Assembly (NCBI RefSeq): GCF_009914755.1
Contig: NC_060934.1
Length of the DNA stretch: 64,000 nt
Direction: 5' to 3' (one strand)
DNA from: the human T2T-CHM13v2.0 reference genome, Homo sapiens
The notes beneath the pieces were generated by a model. It saw only the letters and a list, made by a program, of their open reading frames with translations, was not told the origin of the DNA and did no database searches. A program made the position numbers and the translations under genes. How positions within the stretch are numbered: the first letter of the stretch is position 1; each line of letters starts with the position of its first letter. This document shows, piece by piece, positions 20,880 through 33,570 of the stretch.

Positions 20880-21716
20880 ACTCAAAACTCAAATACAGAA
20901 ACAACCACCATAGAAATCCATTAAAGTATAAAACTCACAGAAACAACAAATACACAAACGAGAAAAAAAAACTATCATTACAGAAGCACTCTAAATTGTA
21001 AGAGTAAACAATAAAAGATAAAGAAAAGAACAAAAGATATACAAAATAATCAGAAAAAGATTTAGAAAATAACAGTAAATCCTATTATTGATAACATCAT
21101 TGAATATAAATAGTCTAAATTCCCCAATTAAAATAAGAGACTGACTACATGGGGTGTTGTTTAAATAAAAACCCAACTATATGCTGCCTATAGGAAACTC
21201 ACTTTACCCATCAAGACACATATAGATTGAAAGTGAAGAGATGGCAAATATACTCTACATAAAAATAAATAAAAAGCACGCAGAAGTAGCTATAGTTGTA
21301 TCAGAAAAAAACAGACTTTATGTCAAAAATATAAACAGAGACAAAGAAGATCATTATATTGACAAAGAGATTGATTCTTTTTTTTATGAACCAACTATAC
21401 TTTTTTATTGCTGAAAGATTGATTCTTTAAGAGGATATAATAATTATAAATATACATGCACTCAACACCAAAGCATCCAGACATAAATAGCTAATATTAT
21501 TAGCGCTAAAGGCAGATACAGACCTCAGTAGGATAATAGCTGGGGACTTCAACACCCCACTTTCACCATTGGACAAATCACAGAAAATCAACAAAGAAAC
21601 ATCAGATTTAATCTGTGCTGTAGACAAAATAGACCTAATAAAAATTTAAAGAATGTTGTGTTCAACACCTACAGAATGTACATTTTTTTCATCAGCACAT
21701 AAACATCCTCCAGAAC
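20880..21716 (+). mobile_element. L1MA-type inter-ORF and endonuclease fragment
   Basis: Degenerate EN motifs ATGCTGCCTATAGGAAACTCAC and GCTGGGGACTTCAACACCCCAC (GDFNTP). Confidence 0.85.
21381..21415 (-). pseudogene. Micro-retrocopy of a polyadenylated RNA 3' end (source unknown)
   Basis: Minus strand reads TTCAGC-AATAAA-18 nt-A tail; perfect 13-bp TSD AGATTGATTCTTT 21368-21380 / 21416-21428; TT/AAAG L1 EN site. Confidence 0.72.
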
Positions 21717-22800
21717 TGTATTAGTCCATTCTCAGGCTACTAATAATGACATACCTGAGACTGAGTAATTTATAAAGGAAAGAGGTTTAATTGACTCACA
21801 GTTCCACATGGCTGGGAAGGCCTCACAATCATGGAAGAAGGAGCAAAGTCACTTCTTACACAGCAGCAGGCAAGAGAGCTTGTGCAGGGGAACTCCCATT
21901 TATAAAACCATCAGATCCCATGAGACTTATTCATTACTAAGAGAACAGTATGGAGCAAAACCACCCCTGTGATTCAATTATCTCCACCTGGCCCCACCTT
22001 GACATGTGAGGATTATGACAATTTAAGGTGAGATTTTGGTGAGGACACAGCCAAACCATATCATTCTGCCCCTGGCTCCCCCCAAATCTCATGTCTTCAC
22101 ATTTCAAAACCAATCATGCCTTCCCAACAGTCACTCAGAGTCTTAACTCATTTCAGCATTAACTCAAAAGTCCACAGTCCACAGTTACATCTGAGACAAA
22201 GCAAGTCCCTTCTGCCTATGAGCTTATAAAATCAAACACAAGTTAGTTACTTCCTAGATACAATGGGGGCACAGGCAATGGGTAAATACACCCATTCCAA
22301 AAGGGAGAAATTGGCCAAAACAAAGGGGCTACAGGCCCATGAAAGCCTGACATCCAGTGGGGAAGTCAAATCTTAAAGCTCCAAAACGATCTCCTTTGAC
22401 TGTTGGTGGATCTACCATTCTAGGGTCTGAAGGATGATCACCCTCTTCTCACAGCTCCATTAGGCAATACCCCAGTGGGGACTCTGTGTGGGGGCTCTGA
22501 CCCCTCATTTCCCTTCTGCACTGCCCTAGCAAAAGTTCTCAATGAGGGCTCTACTCATGCAGCAAACTTTTACCTGAACATCCAGGCATTTGCATACATC
22601 CTCTGAAATCTAGGCGGGAGTTCCCAAACCTCAACTCTTGACTTCTGTGCACCTGCAGGCTCAACATCACATGGAAGCTGCCAAGGCTTGGGTCTTTCAA
22701 CCTCTGAAGCAACAGCCTGAGTTCTATGTTGGCTCTTTCAGCCATGGCTGGGACACAGGGCACCAAGTCCCAAGACTGTGCAAAGCAACAAGGCCTTGGA
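21717..22800 (-). mobile_element. THE1 (C-like) LTR (21717-22063) plus partial internal region; the other half is deleted
   Basis: TGTATTAGTCC...CCAAACCATATCA followed by THE1-int TTCTGCCCCTGGCTCCCCCAAATCTCATGTC. Confidence 0.9.
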
Positions 22801-23635
22801 TTTATTACAGGCATGCAAAGATAGTTCAATGTAACCAATTAATAAATGGATACATCACATCACGCAGAATGAAGGATAAAAATCATATGATTATCTCAAT
22901 AGATTCAGAAAAATATTTGATAAAATTCAACCCTTCATGATAAAAACTCAACGAATTAGGCATAAGAGAAACATACTCCACCATAATAAAGACTATATGA
23001 CAAACTATAACTAACATTGTATTGAATGGGGAAACCTGAAAGCCTTTCTCTAAGCACTGGAATAAGAAAAGTATGCTCACTTTCAACATTCTTATTCAAC
23101 ATAGTGCTGGCAGTCCTGGCCAGAACATTCAAGGAAGAAAAAGAAATAAAAGGACATCCAAATTGAAAAATAGAAAGCCAAATTGTCTCTCTTTGCAGAT
23201 GACATGACTTTAGATTTTAAAAAAAACCCTAAAGATTCCAGAAAAATATGCTTTTATTTGATAAACAAATTAAGTAAGTTTGCAGGATATAAAATCAACA
23301 TTTTAAAATCAGGAGCAATTCCGTAAAATAATAACAAAGTAGCTGAAAAAGAAATCAAGAAAGTGATTTTATTTACTCTGGATGCAAAAACAATCTAGAA
23401 TTAAATTTAACCAATTGAGTGAGCAATCTCTACAAGAAAAACTACACAACTGATTAAATAAAAATGGAAGAGGACACAAACAAGTGGAAAGACATCCTAT
23501 GCTAATACATTGGAAGAATTGTGTAGTAAAAAGTGACCATGCCACCTAAAGCAATCTGTAGATCCAATGGAATTGCTGTCAAAATACCAATGACATTCTC
23601 CACACAAATAGAAAAACAATCCTGAAATTTGTATG
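22801..23635 (+). mobile_element. L1M ORF2 RT fragment
   Basis: CTTTGCAGATGACATG (FADDM) and flanking RT sequence. Confidence 0.85.
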
Positions 23636-23639
23636 CGGT

Positions 23640-24335
23640 TTATATCACACAAATCCCAAGCCCAGGCAGCGCAACTTGCAGCTTCAGAAGAGATTCCTTA
23701 CTTATACTTGAAGTGCGGAGAGGCCAGAGTAAAGAGGACTTGGCTTTGCAACTTGGATAACAGCTGCCCCACAGTAGAACAGGGCACCAAGCAGAGTCCT
23801 GAGGCCTCTATTCCAAGACCTAGCTCCTAGGTAACATTTCTAGACATATCCTGGCCAGAAGGGAACCCACTGCCTTGAAAGGATATACCCAGTTCTGGCA
23901 GGATGACCTGCTGACTAAAGAGTTCTTGGCCCTCAAATAAACATCAACGATACTTAGGCAGTACTCACTGCAAGCCTTGGGTGTGACCCAGTGCTGTGCT
24001 GGCTTCAAGTGTGACTCCGCATATTCCTAGCTGCGGTGGCCATGGGGAGAGGACCCTTTCTGCTTCTGAAAAGAATAGAAAAGAGTAAACAAGACTTTGT
24101 CCTGCAGTTTGGGTACCAGCTCAGTCACAGTGGATAGAGAACCAAATACGCTCCTGGATCCCGAATTCCAAGCCTTGGTTCCTGGAAGGCAATTATAGAC
24201 CTATCCAGAGCCCAAAGGAAGCCCATTGCCCTATAGGGAGAAAGCCAGGCCTGTTAACAGTTACCAAAACCTGAATGAAAAGTCCTTGGGCCTTGAGTGG
24301 ACATCAGTGACAGCCAGGCAGTGGTCACCGTGGGC
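23640..24335 (+). mobile_element. L1M1/L1M2-type 5'UTR with two diverged ~360-bp monomers
   Basis: Units starting near 23688 and 24046 align (AGAGTAAA..GACTT..CAGCT..CACAGT..ATTCCAAG..TAGAC). Confidence 0.65.
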
Positions 24336-24912
24336 TATCAAACCAACATACAAAAATTAGAAATATTTCTATATATTAACAGCAAACAATCTGAAAAAAA
24401 TCAAGAGAGTAATTCCACTTACAATAGCTACAAAAAAAAGATACCTGGGAATAAACATAACCAAAGAAGTGAAAGGTCTCTATAATAAAACTGTGAAACA
24501 TTGACGCAAGAAATTGAAGAGGACACAAAAAAATGGAAAGATATTCCATATTCATGAGTTGGAAGCATCAATAGTGTTAATATGTCCATACTACCCAAAG
24601 CAGTCTACAGATTCATTGCAATCAGTATCAAAAAGACAATGACATTCTTCAGAGAAATAGAAAAGAAAAATCCTAAAATTAATATGGAACCACAAAAGAC
24701 CCAGAATAGCCAAAGTCATTCTGAGCAAAAAGAACAAAACTGGAGGAATCACATTACCTGACTTCAAATTATACTACAGAGCTATAATAACCAAAACAGC
24801 ATGGCTCTGGCATAAAAACAGACACATAGACCAATGGAATAAGTATAGAGTCAAGAAATAAATCCATACACCAACACTGAACTCATCTTGACAAAAGTGC
24901 CAAGAACATAAA
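24336..24912 (+). mobile_element. L1MA ORF2 fragment (a second copy covering the same part of ORF2)
   Basis: CCATACTACCCAAAGCAGTCTACAGATTC...CACATTACCTGACTTCAAATTATACTACAGAGCTATA. Confidence 0.85.
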
Positions 24913-24914
24913 TT

Positions 24915-25047
24915 GCATCCTGCCATGATTGTAAGTTTACTGAGGCCTCCCCAGCCATGTGAACTGTGAGTCAATTACATCCCTTTCTTTTATCAATTAC
25001 CCAGTCTCAGACAATTCTTTATAGCAATGTGAAAATGGACTAATACA
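24915..25047 (+). mobile_element. THE1/MST LTR 3' fragment
   Basis: GCCATGATTGTAAG...TGAGGCCTCCCCAGCCATG...GGACTAATACA. Confidence 0.85.
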
Positions 25048-25419
25048 CAGATTGTCACTGTTTGTATAACATGCAGAAGTATAAGTCCATATAGGTATAA
25101 GCTAATAAAGACTAAATTGAAAGTTTGATAAGGAATGAGTACACAATATGGAAGAAACTCCTCAAAGAGAAACTCATTAACTATAAACATAAAATTTTTA
25201 AAATTACTCTCTGATTTTAAAATCAGAGAAACCTTGCAAAACACCTCAAGGTAATAAAAGTACAATTTTCAGTAACAGAATAAAACAAAATTGAGGAATC
25301 AATGAATGGAACACAGAATTATTTCTCTGCTATCCCCACCGAAGTTATATAACCTTAACCTAATGGTGAGGAAACAGAACACAAACTCAAATTGAGGGAA
25401 AATGTATATAACTGTCATA

Positions 25420-25454
<35 letters not shown>

Positions 25455-27011
25455 TTTAAGTGTCAAGGTGATAAATGTTAAAAAAAAGAGACTATATGAT
25501 CCTAAATTTGGTGCATTGACTATAATGGACATTATTTTGACAGTAAGCAAAATGCCAATATTATATAAGGATTAGGAGATAGTAATGTGTCAGTGAGGCT
25601 CTGGATTCTAATGGTTATAGTGGAATTGTGTAGAAGAATATTCTTGTTTATAAGAAACACAGTCTGTGTCTTAGAGGATGATTGGCCATTAGGTTATTAA
25701 CTTACTTTCAAATGACTCAGAAAAAAATTTTCTGTACTGTACTTGCAACCTTTCTATGGGTTTCATTTTGGCTCATTTTCCTTAAATCTGCAAAAATAAT
25801 ATTTGCAGGGAAATATCAACCTTTTTTAAAGAATTTTAAAAATTCTAAGCTTGACCTGATATAAAATGTCAAACATGGCCGGTTGCCTGACATGTCTGTT
25901 TACCTGTAAAGAAAAAATCTCTAACAGCAAATAAAGTGATGGAAATTTATAAACCCCAGAGCCTCATACTTTTACATTTTTCAGCAATTATTTGTTGACA
26001 TAAAGCAGTTTGCATCCTATGTTTCTCAGATAACTGTTCTGAGAGCAAAGAAAACCTGCTGTTCCAAAATCAGATGAAAACAAGCTGAATTCCTATTCTT
26101 GATGAAAAGCACTCTCACTCTTCTTTCCCTTATGTAGATTCTAACACAGTCTTCCTTAATGACAATGCTGGGCCTTTTTATTGTTGTTGTTTGTTAATGC
26201 TATAACTGTGACTTTTGTAAATTACACAGATGTGAACCTTTCTGTTTGTCATTCAGAGAATGTTGTACTAACTATACCAAGCTTACGTTAAGTATCTAAA
26301 GCCCAAATAATTCTGTTAATTATCATCAATTCGTTCCTTTCTAGTCCTGTTATACTCACATTTTACCGGAAGAAAGCAAAGCTTTTGGCCACACAACATA
26401 ATGTAAGTGTGGCTAGGCAATAGAGAAACTTCTGGGTGGTCCAGGAAGCATCCAGTACCACAACTGGATGACGTGGAATAAACCCTGTGCCTCCCTTTGT
26501 GCACATTTTATTAGCATCTCCCTCCGGTAGAACTATTGTTGGTTACTTAGATTATATGTAACTGTGAACTAAACTTTACTATTAAACAGTCAAAAAGAAA
26601 ATGAGTGGGGGAGAACAAGAAGTTTGTGGGCAGGGGCTAGAACAGAGAAGAGTAGCTGGGAGTTAAACTATAACTCCTAAAACACTTTTTGAAGGGATTG
26701 GATGTGTAGAACTGAACCACTTGGGTGTGAAAGGACTAGATAATTTTTCTCTAAGTAATTATACAATGGAATTTCTTCCATCCATTCCATCTCTCTCTTT
26801 CCCATTCTTCATCCCTCCCTTTCCTATTTGCTTTACTTTTCTCTTTCTCGATCTATATCTAGATCTATATAAATCTATAATATATATATATATTTCCCCT
26901 TACCTGTGTTGATGTTTTCCTCTTTTCCTCTCTTCCCTCTTTTGTCCCTTTCTTTTCTTCTTTCTCTCTCTTTCCCTTTCTTCATATGCCAAAGAATTTA
27001 TGGGAAAGTAG

Positions 27012-28460
27012 TAAGAGGTGACAGTGTGCTGGCAGTCCTCACAGCCCTCGCTTGCTCTCGGCGCCTCCTCTGCCTGGGCTCCCACTTTGGCGGCACTTGA
27101 GGGGCCCTTCAGCCCACGGCTGCACTGTGGGAGCCCCTTTCTGGGCTGGCCAAGGCCAGAGCCGGCTCCCTCAGCTTGCAGGGAGGTGTGGAGGGAGAGG
27201 CGCGAGCGGGAACCGCGGCTGCGCCCGGCGCTTGCTGGCCAGCTGGAGTTCCGGGTGGGCGTGGCCTTGGCGGGCCCCGCACTCGGAGCAGCCGGCCGGC
27301 CCTGCCGGACCCGGCCAATGAGGGGCTTAGCAGCCGGGCCAGCGGCTGCGGAGGGTGTACTGGGTCCCCCAGCAGTGCCAGCCCACCGGCGCTGCGCTCC
27401 ATTTCTCACCGGGCCTTAGCTGCCTTCCCGCAGGGCAGGGCTCGGGACCTGCAGCCCGCCGTGCCTGAGCCTCCCACGCCCTCCGTGGGCTCCTGTGCGG
27501 CCGGAGCCTCCCCGATGAGCGCCGCCCCCTGCTCCACGGCGCTCAGTCCCATCGACCACCCAAGGGCTGAAGAGTGCGGGCGCACGGCCCTGGGACTGGC
27601 AAGCAGCTCCACCTGCAGCCCTGGTGCGGGATCCACTGGGTGAAGCCAGCTGGGCTCCTGAGTCTGGTGGGGACGTGGAGAACCTTTATGTCTAGCTCAA
27701 GGTTTGTAAACACACCAATCAGCACCCTGTGTCTAGCTCAGGGTTTGTGAATGCACCAATCAACATTCTGTATCTAGCTACTCTGGTGGGACCTTGGAGA
27801 ACCTTTATGTCTAGCTCAGGGATTGTAAATACACCAATTGGCACTGTGTATCTAGCTCAAGGTTTGTAAACACACCAATCAGCACCCTGTGTCTAGCTCA
27901 GGGTTTGTGAATGCACCAATCCACACTCTGTATCTAGCTACTCTGGTGGGGCCTTGGAGAACCTTTGTGTCCACACTCTGTATCTAGTTAATCTGATGGG
28001 GACGTGGAGAACCTTTGTGTCTAGCTCAGGGATTGTAAACGCACCATTCAGCGCCCTGTCAAAACAGACCACTAGGCTCTACCAATCAGCAGGACGTGGG
28101 TGGGGCCAGATAAGAGAATAAAAGCAGGCTGCCGGAGCCAGCAGTGGCAACCTGCTTGGGTCCCCTTCCACATTGTGGAAAGTTTGTTCTTTCACTCTTT
28201 GCAATAAATCTTGCTACTGCTAACTCTTTGGGTCCACACTGCTTTTATGAGCTGTAACACTCACCGCGAAGGTCTGCAGCTTCACTCCTGAAGCCAGCGA
28301 GACCATGAACCCACCAGAAGGAAGAAACTCCGAATACATCCGAACATCAGAAGGAACAAACTCCAGACGCGCCACCTTAAGAGCTGTAACACTCACCGTG
28401 AGAGTCCGCGGCTTCATTCTTGAAGTCAGTGAGACCAAGAACCCACCAATTCCGGACACA
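27012..28460 (+). mobile_element. LTR12C (HERV9) solo LTR, CpG-rich
   Basis: Starts TAAGAGGTGACAGTGTGCTGGCAGTCCTC, ends ACCAATTCCGGACACA; tandem CCAAT-bearing U3 subunits; 4-bp TSD GTAG/GTAA. Confidence 0.96.
27690..28150 (+). promoter_or_regulatory. ERV9 U3 enhancer/promoter array (CCAAT/NF-Y and GATA motifs, AATAAA TATA-like box)
   Basis: Repeated TCTAGCTCA.GG.TTGT.AA..CACCAAT units; GGGTGGGGCCAGATAAGAGAATAAAAGC at ~28098-28125; function inferred from the known ERV9 LTR architecture. Confidence 0.75.
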
Positions 28461-30520
28461 GTAATGATAATGTCATCTCTATCCATTTATTTAAAGCTGG
28501 ACCCACTAGTTTCATTCATTTCCTTGTAGGATCTGCTTTTCCTTACAGCTTCTCTCTACATTTGAGATGTATTTACATAAGTCAGTTACACAAATTTGTT
28601 TGAAGGTGATCAAACTAAAAGAAGATAGTAGTCGTTGATTGTTTACCTATGTACTTTTTTGCAATATGAGTAAAGAAAATTTAGAGGTAAATGTAAGTAG
28701 CCTATTTTAGCAACCATGCTGACAAAATTTAAGTTCATGTGTTAACTAACAATACTTAATAAGCAATATTTAAAGTTTAAGTTACTCTCTGATATTAACC
28801 TATAGTTAATGAAAACATATCAGAATAAAATCTCAATCAGCATTAATTTTAAAATATTAGAACTCAAGACTAATTTTTGGCTTTAGATTCTATGTAAGTC
28901 CTTAACTAGCATAAAATAATTAACATTTTATAAATACTTAAGTGGGTATTCAAATTATCAGGTATAACTGGATCAATATTTCTAAGTAAGAAAACATTTA
29001 TCTTTATTCTCTGTACACAACAGCCAGTGTCTAAAACATGTTTTATATACCTTAGTTACACTATTATTGTGTTTAAAATAAATGTTTAATCTGGTAACAA
29101 TTATTTTAATATGCACTTAAACAGTATTTTAAGAAATCATAAAAAGATAACTTCTAGGCTTTTACTGAAATCGTTCACACTGCAACCACCAGGGTAGATT
29201 TAAACACATCAAGGTAATTGCTTCAGGTGGAATAGTGAAATTAAGAAGATTTTTAAAAAATTTTTCGAACATCAAAGAATAGAGGTACCACTGTCCATCA
29301 TTTTTATAGTTAAAAAGAATGATTGCTTCTATAATTGAGTCTGTTTTCTAATTCTAAGCTAATCTAAAATCCTGTGTTCTTTACTATAAAGAAAATCCTT
29401 GAATTCTAATTACTCTGAGAAATTCAAATAATTGACCATCTGTGGAGTAAGTAATAATGTATGATTAATTTTAATGTTCCCATGCTAATTTAATATTTGC
29501 TGCCTTCCAAATATGTCAGTCTAATTTACTTTCTTTGTTTTCTTCATAAAATTATTAGAAATATTAGCATGTCAAAATGTTTATTGACTACTTCATAGTT
29601 TGTTTTATCTCTTCATAATCTATATTTAATAAATAATTACCTAGATTATGAATGCATGCAAAATTTGATCACCTGTATGTGCTGTAAATTTAAAATATCA
29701 TGATTTTAGGAGCAAAATTAATTTGCTTGTGCTAATAATCTCTAATTTGAATTATTTTCTTATGCTTTCCTTAAATATTTTGACTTTGTATGTCTATAAG
29801 AAGAGAGTTCCCCCTCAAATTTCTTTAGATGTATGACAGAAGCATGGGAGTTCTAGATACAGAGAACAGAGAGGGTTGAGAAGTAGATGGCTTTACAGAA
29901 AATTATTTCTTAAAGTCATTTTATGCCCCAGAAGCAGATCATAACATAAGTTGTACTCTTATCCTCTTTTCCTTTTCTTACTTTCATCCAAATTCATAAC
30001 ATTTATTCACATTTATGTCTTAAAACCTTGTATTCAATTACTAAAATACACCAACCCATTACACTCTGGAAGATTTTTTGTTTTTTTGTTTTGTTTTTGT
30101 TTTTGTTTTTGGGAAAATACCTTTAAATGTACCCTACTTATGACATCATTCTAGGAATATTTGTTTCACTATTTCATTAGAAAATATTTAGATGAGTTTT
30201 AAATAATATTTTTATGCTACATCTCTTTACATAGAAAAAGGAAAAGTCACCATTCACAGGTCTTAAATTCTTCAAAAGATTCATAGGCCCTATGACATTA
30301 TCAAGAGCAAATGTGTTTTTCTCTTTATATCTGCCCTCATCAGCACATAGAATATGTACATGATACATAATTAATATATGGTTATTCCTGTAATCTTCAT
30401 ATATGAATATTTGTGAAGTTTTTTTGTTTCTTTATTTAAAAACAAAATAATTCAAAGATTTTTAGGAACTTTTCCAGGGTCATAGGGTTAGCAAGTGGCT
30501 AAGTCAAAATTTGAATGTAA

Positions 30521-30849
<329 letters not shown>

Positions 30850-32799
30850 TTAGAGAAAAATCATTACGCCTCTTCTGACTCAGAGGCTTACAGTTCCAAC
30901 CCACTTCTCTAGCCAGTGTTTCGTAGCATGTTGCTTGCCAGAACATCCACATGGGTTCTTCTTTTCCACTTCTCATCGCATGCTACCTTAAGAAACCCTG
31001 ATGACTCTCTGCCCCCCATGGAAAGACCACTCCCACGTGGAATAAGAGTGCCTCTCATTTTTTTAATCCTATTTGAACCGTATTGCACTGATTTTTATCT
31101 TGCTCCTAGGCTACTTGGGCAAGCCTCTTAGTTTCAAAACCCTAGAGATAATATAATTAAATATGCATCCATGTTACAGTCCAGAAGAATGATGGGAAGC
31201 TTAAAGGCAAAAATACCTTACTGGCTATATACAGAGCTGTGACACAAGGAAATCTTTAGCTTCAAAGATGCCCAGAAACTTGAAAGGTTTTTTCAATGTT
31301 TTTCTTCTTAGTCTTGTTTTGTGTTTTGCAAGATTTTTTAGTTAGATTCATTACACCCTTCATCCAAAATTTGGTTCTGTTTTTTGGTAATAAGTTGTGA
31401 ATAACTACTAAGCAGTATGCAAGGTAATCAAAGTCCTTGCTAGTTTCAACTTTGTTAATTAAAATATCATAAATCAACATAACATAAGCACCATGAAACC
31501 AATTATTACTCAATTCATTTGGTCATTTTTATGTCTTTGTGCTTATATTTATTTTAGTTTTACTTACTATTAGCATTGTTTACCAGTCCATGTGATAGTA
31601 GAGTCACCTCACTCTTGTCCCATGTTTCATACATGCCATGTTTGCTTAAAGGTCAATTTTGCTCTGCTTCCTCTAACGAAAGTTCTTTTAACCTTTGCAT
31701 AATACATTTAACTTTCCAGCCATTTAATTTTCTTGGAGACTCTCCTCTGAACTCTCTTCAAGTACTTGAGCTGCCTCCATTTATGGAGGCCAGAAAAGTA
31801 CAATCATTATATCTCTTAGGTGTTTTTGAAGATGTAGGAATAAAAATAAGTGAAGCACTTGAAATTTCTAAGGATGTGCCTTTATAATGCAATACTTAGA
31901 GCTTATTACATAAGTCCCCCCAAATTATTTTAATTCCATGCATATTTTCACAGTGGAGATTGTGTGCTACAAATGTAATAGAAATTTGTCAGTGAATGTG
32001 TATGCTGGGTGTACGTGTGTGTAACTCTCATCTCCACACACTTAAAGCTCTTTAACTTTTCCATCATTATTAATGGAACTCGATGTGAATTTAGAAAGCT
32101 CAGACTTCAAGCTATTTGTTAACTGCCTGAAGTCTTTAGGAAAGACTACTTGATTCTTTTACCTATTTGTTTTGAAAGGAACTTATACATGTTAGTCATT
32201 TCATTATATGATGTTCAAAGAAATAACTCAGCACAAATAACGCCCATGGTAGAAAACTCAGTAGATTATGTTAAAAGAGCTAGGAGACATATAATACAAT
32301 TATGCTTCTAGTAAATATTCATGAACACTTTTGTAATTCTATTAGGCATATCTGCTGGCACAGTATTTCCTTGGCACTTCATCTGCATTTGAATGTGTCA
32401 TAATAATTTTTACTACAGTTATCAGAAAATATTCACAAACCATAATAAAATGGCGTTTTAGAAATGTTAACCCTTCAGCCTTTGCAGTACCTTTGAGCTA
32501 GACCAGGAGGATTGCAGAAAACCAAGATGGAAAGATTACTTAAGTCCAGAAGGTTAACATTTAATCAGAAAGCTTTTGTTCATTATAGTTGTCTTTACAT
32601 CTCCCAATTCTTTATTGCAAGATTAATTGATAAATATAAGGAAGACCTAGCAAGGTTTAAATAGCCAATAAATTATAGGGCACTAACTAGATTGAGGAGT
32701 AGCAAAAAGAGTGGGAGTAAGGGCTGGCTCTGAATCAAGTGGATCAGGAAAGGGGAAGATGGGTCTACTATGTCGACAGCAACTTTTATGTGCCGAATA

Positions 32800-32940
32800 G
32801 TATACTGTCATTAATATAACGGAGGACACTGAGGCACTGAGAGGTTAATTCAGCCCACATTAATATCCTAACAAAGTGATCGAGCTGTAATTTGAAAGCC
32901 AAATCTGTTTTACTTGAAAGGCCATATTAAACCTTTAAAC
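32800..32940. mobile_element. MIR fragment
   Basis: GGAGGACACTGAGGCACTGAGAGGTTAA MIR core. Confidence 0.65.
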
Positions 32941-33494
32941 TAGTTCCTCATTACCAGCTGGTGTAATATTTGATGTGCTGATTAGACAGACAAAAACATG
33001 AAGATTAAGAGATGAAAGAATTACAATTAGAAAATAAACAATGAGAGGGGGCAAATATAATTAGGATATCATTAAGCTTAAGAGCAAAGTATTTATTTAC
33101 CCCAAACATGTGAACTTTAATGTATTTTCTATTTGTGTCTGAACTAATCTTTCTCTATGTTTTGTTCTAAAGTAAAACATAATGTTCATTGATATTATGT
33201 TTATGTTTTAATATAATATTATTTAATAATATACTCATTTTTAAATGTAGGCTATATACAAAGATATAAATTAAAATATCAATATAACCTGAAGTTACAG
33301 ATAACAATGGTTAATATCTTAGCATAAACACTTATAAAAATATACACATTTTTGTTTATGTATAACAATAAATATCGTAAAAATCATTTACAAAAAGTTC
33401 TTCATGATGCTTATAGACTACTTTTTTTTCAACCAATATATCCTTGTCATCTTTCAAGGTTAAAGATATAGATTTTCATCATCCTTTTGATGAT

Positions 33495-33570
33495 GTGTGT
33501 GTACATATATATGTATATATGTATATATATATATATATATATGGGTGTGTGCATATATATATATATATTC
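33495..33570. repeat. (TA)n/(TG)n compound microsatellite
   Basis: Direct reading. Confidence 0.9.

Noticed and set aside
25871-25897. p53-like half-sites AAACATGGCC and TGACATGTCT
   Set aside because: Each has a mismatch and they are 7 bp apart; expected by chance
26900-27725. Several overlapping 60-170 aa ORFs on both strands
   Set aside because: They lie in GC-rich LTR12C U3 sequence where stops are rare; no protein family is recognisable
27690-28090. Regularly spaced repeats that superficially resemble a CRISPR array
   Set aside because: They are ERV9 LTR tandem subunits with repeated rather than unique spacers, in primate DNA with no cas genes
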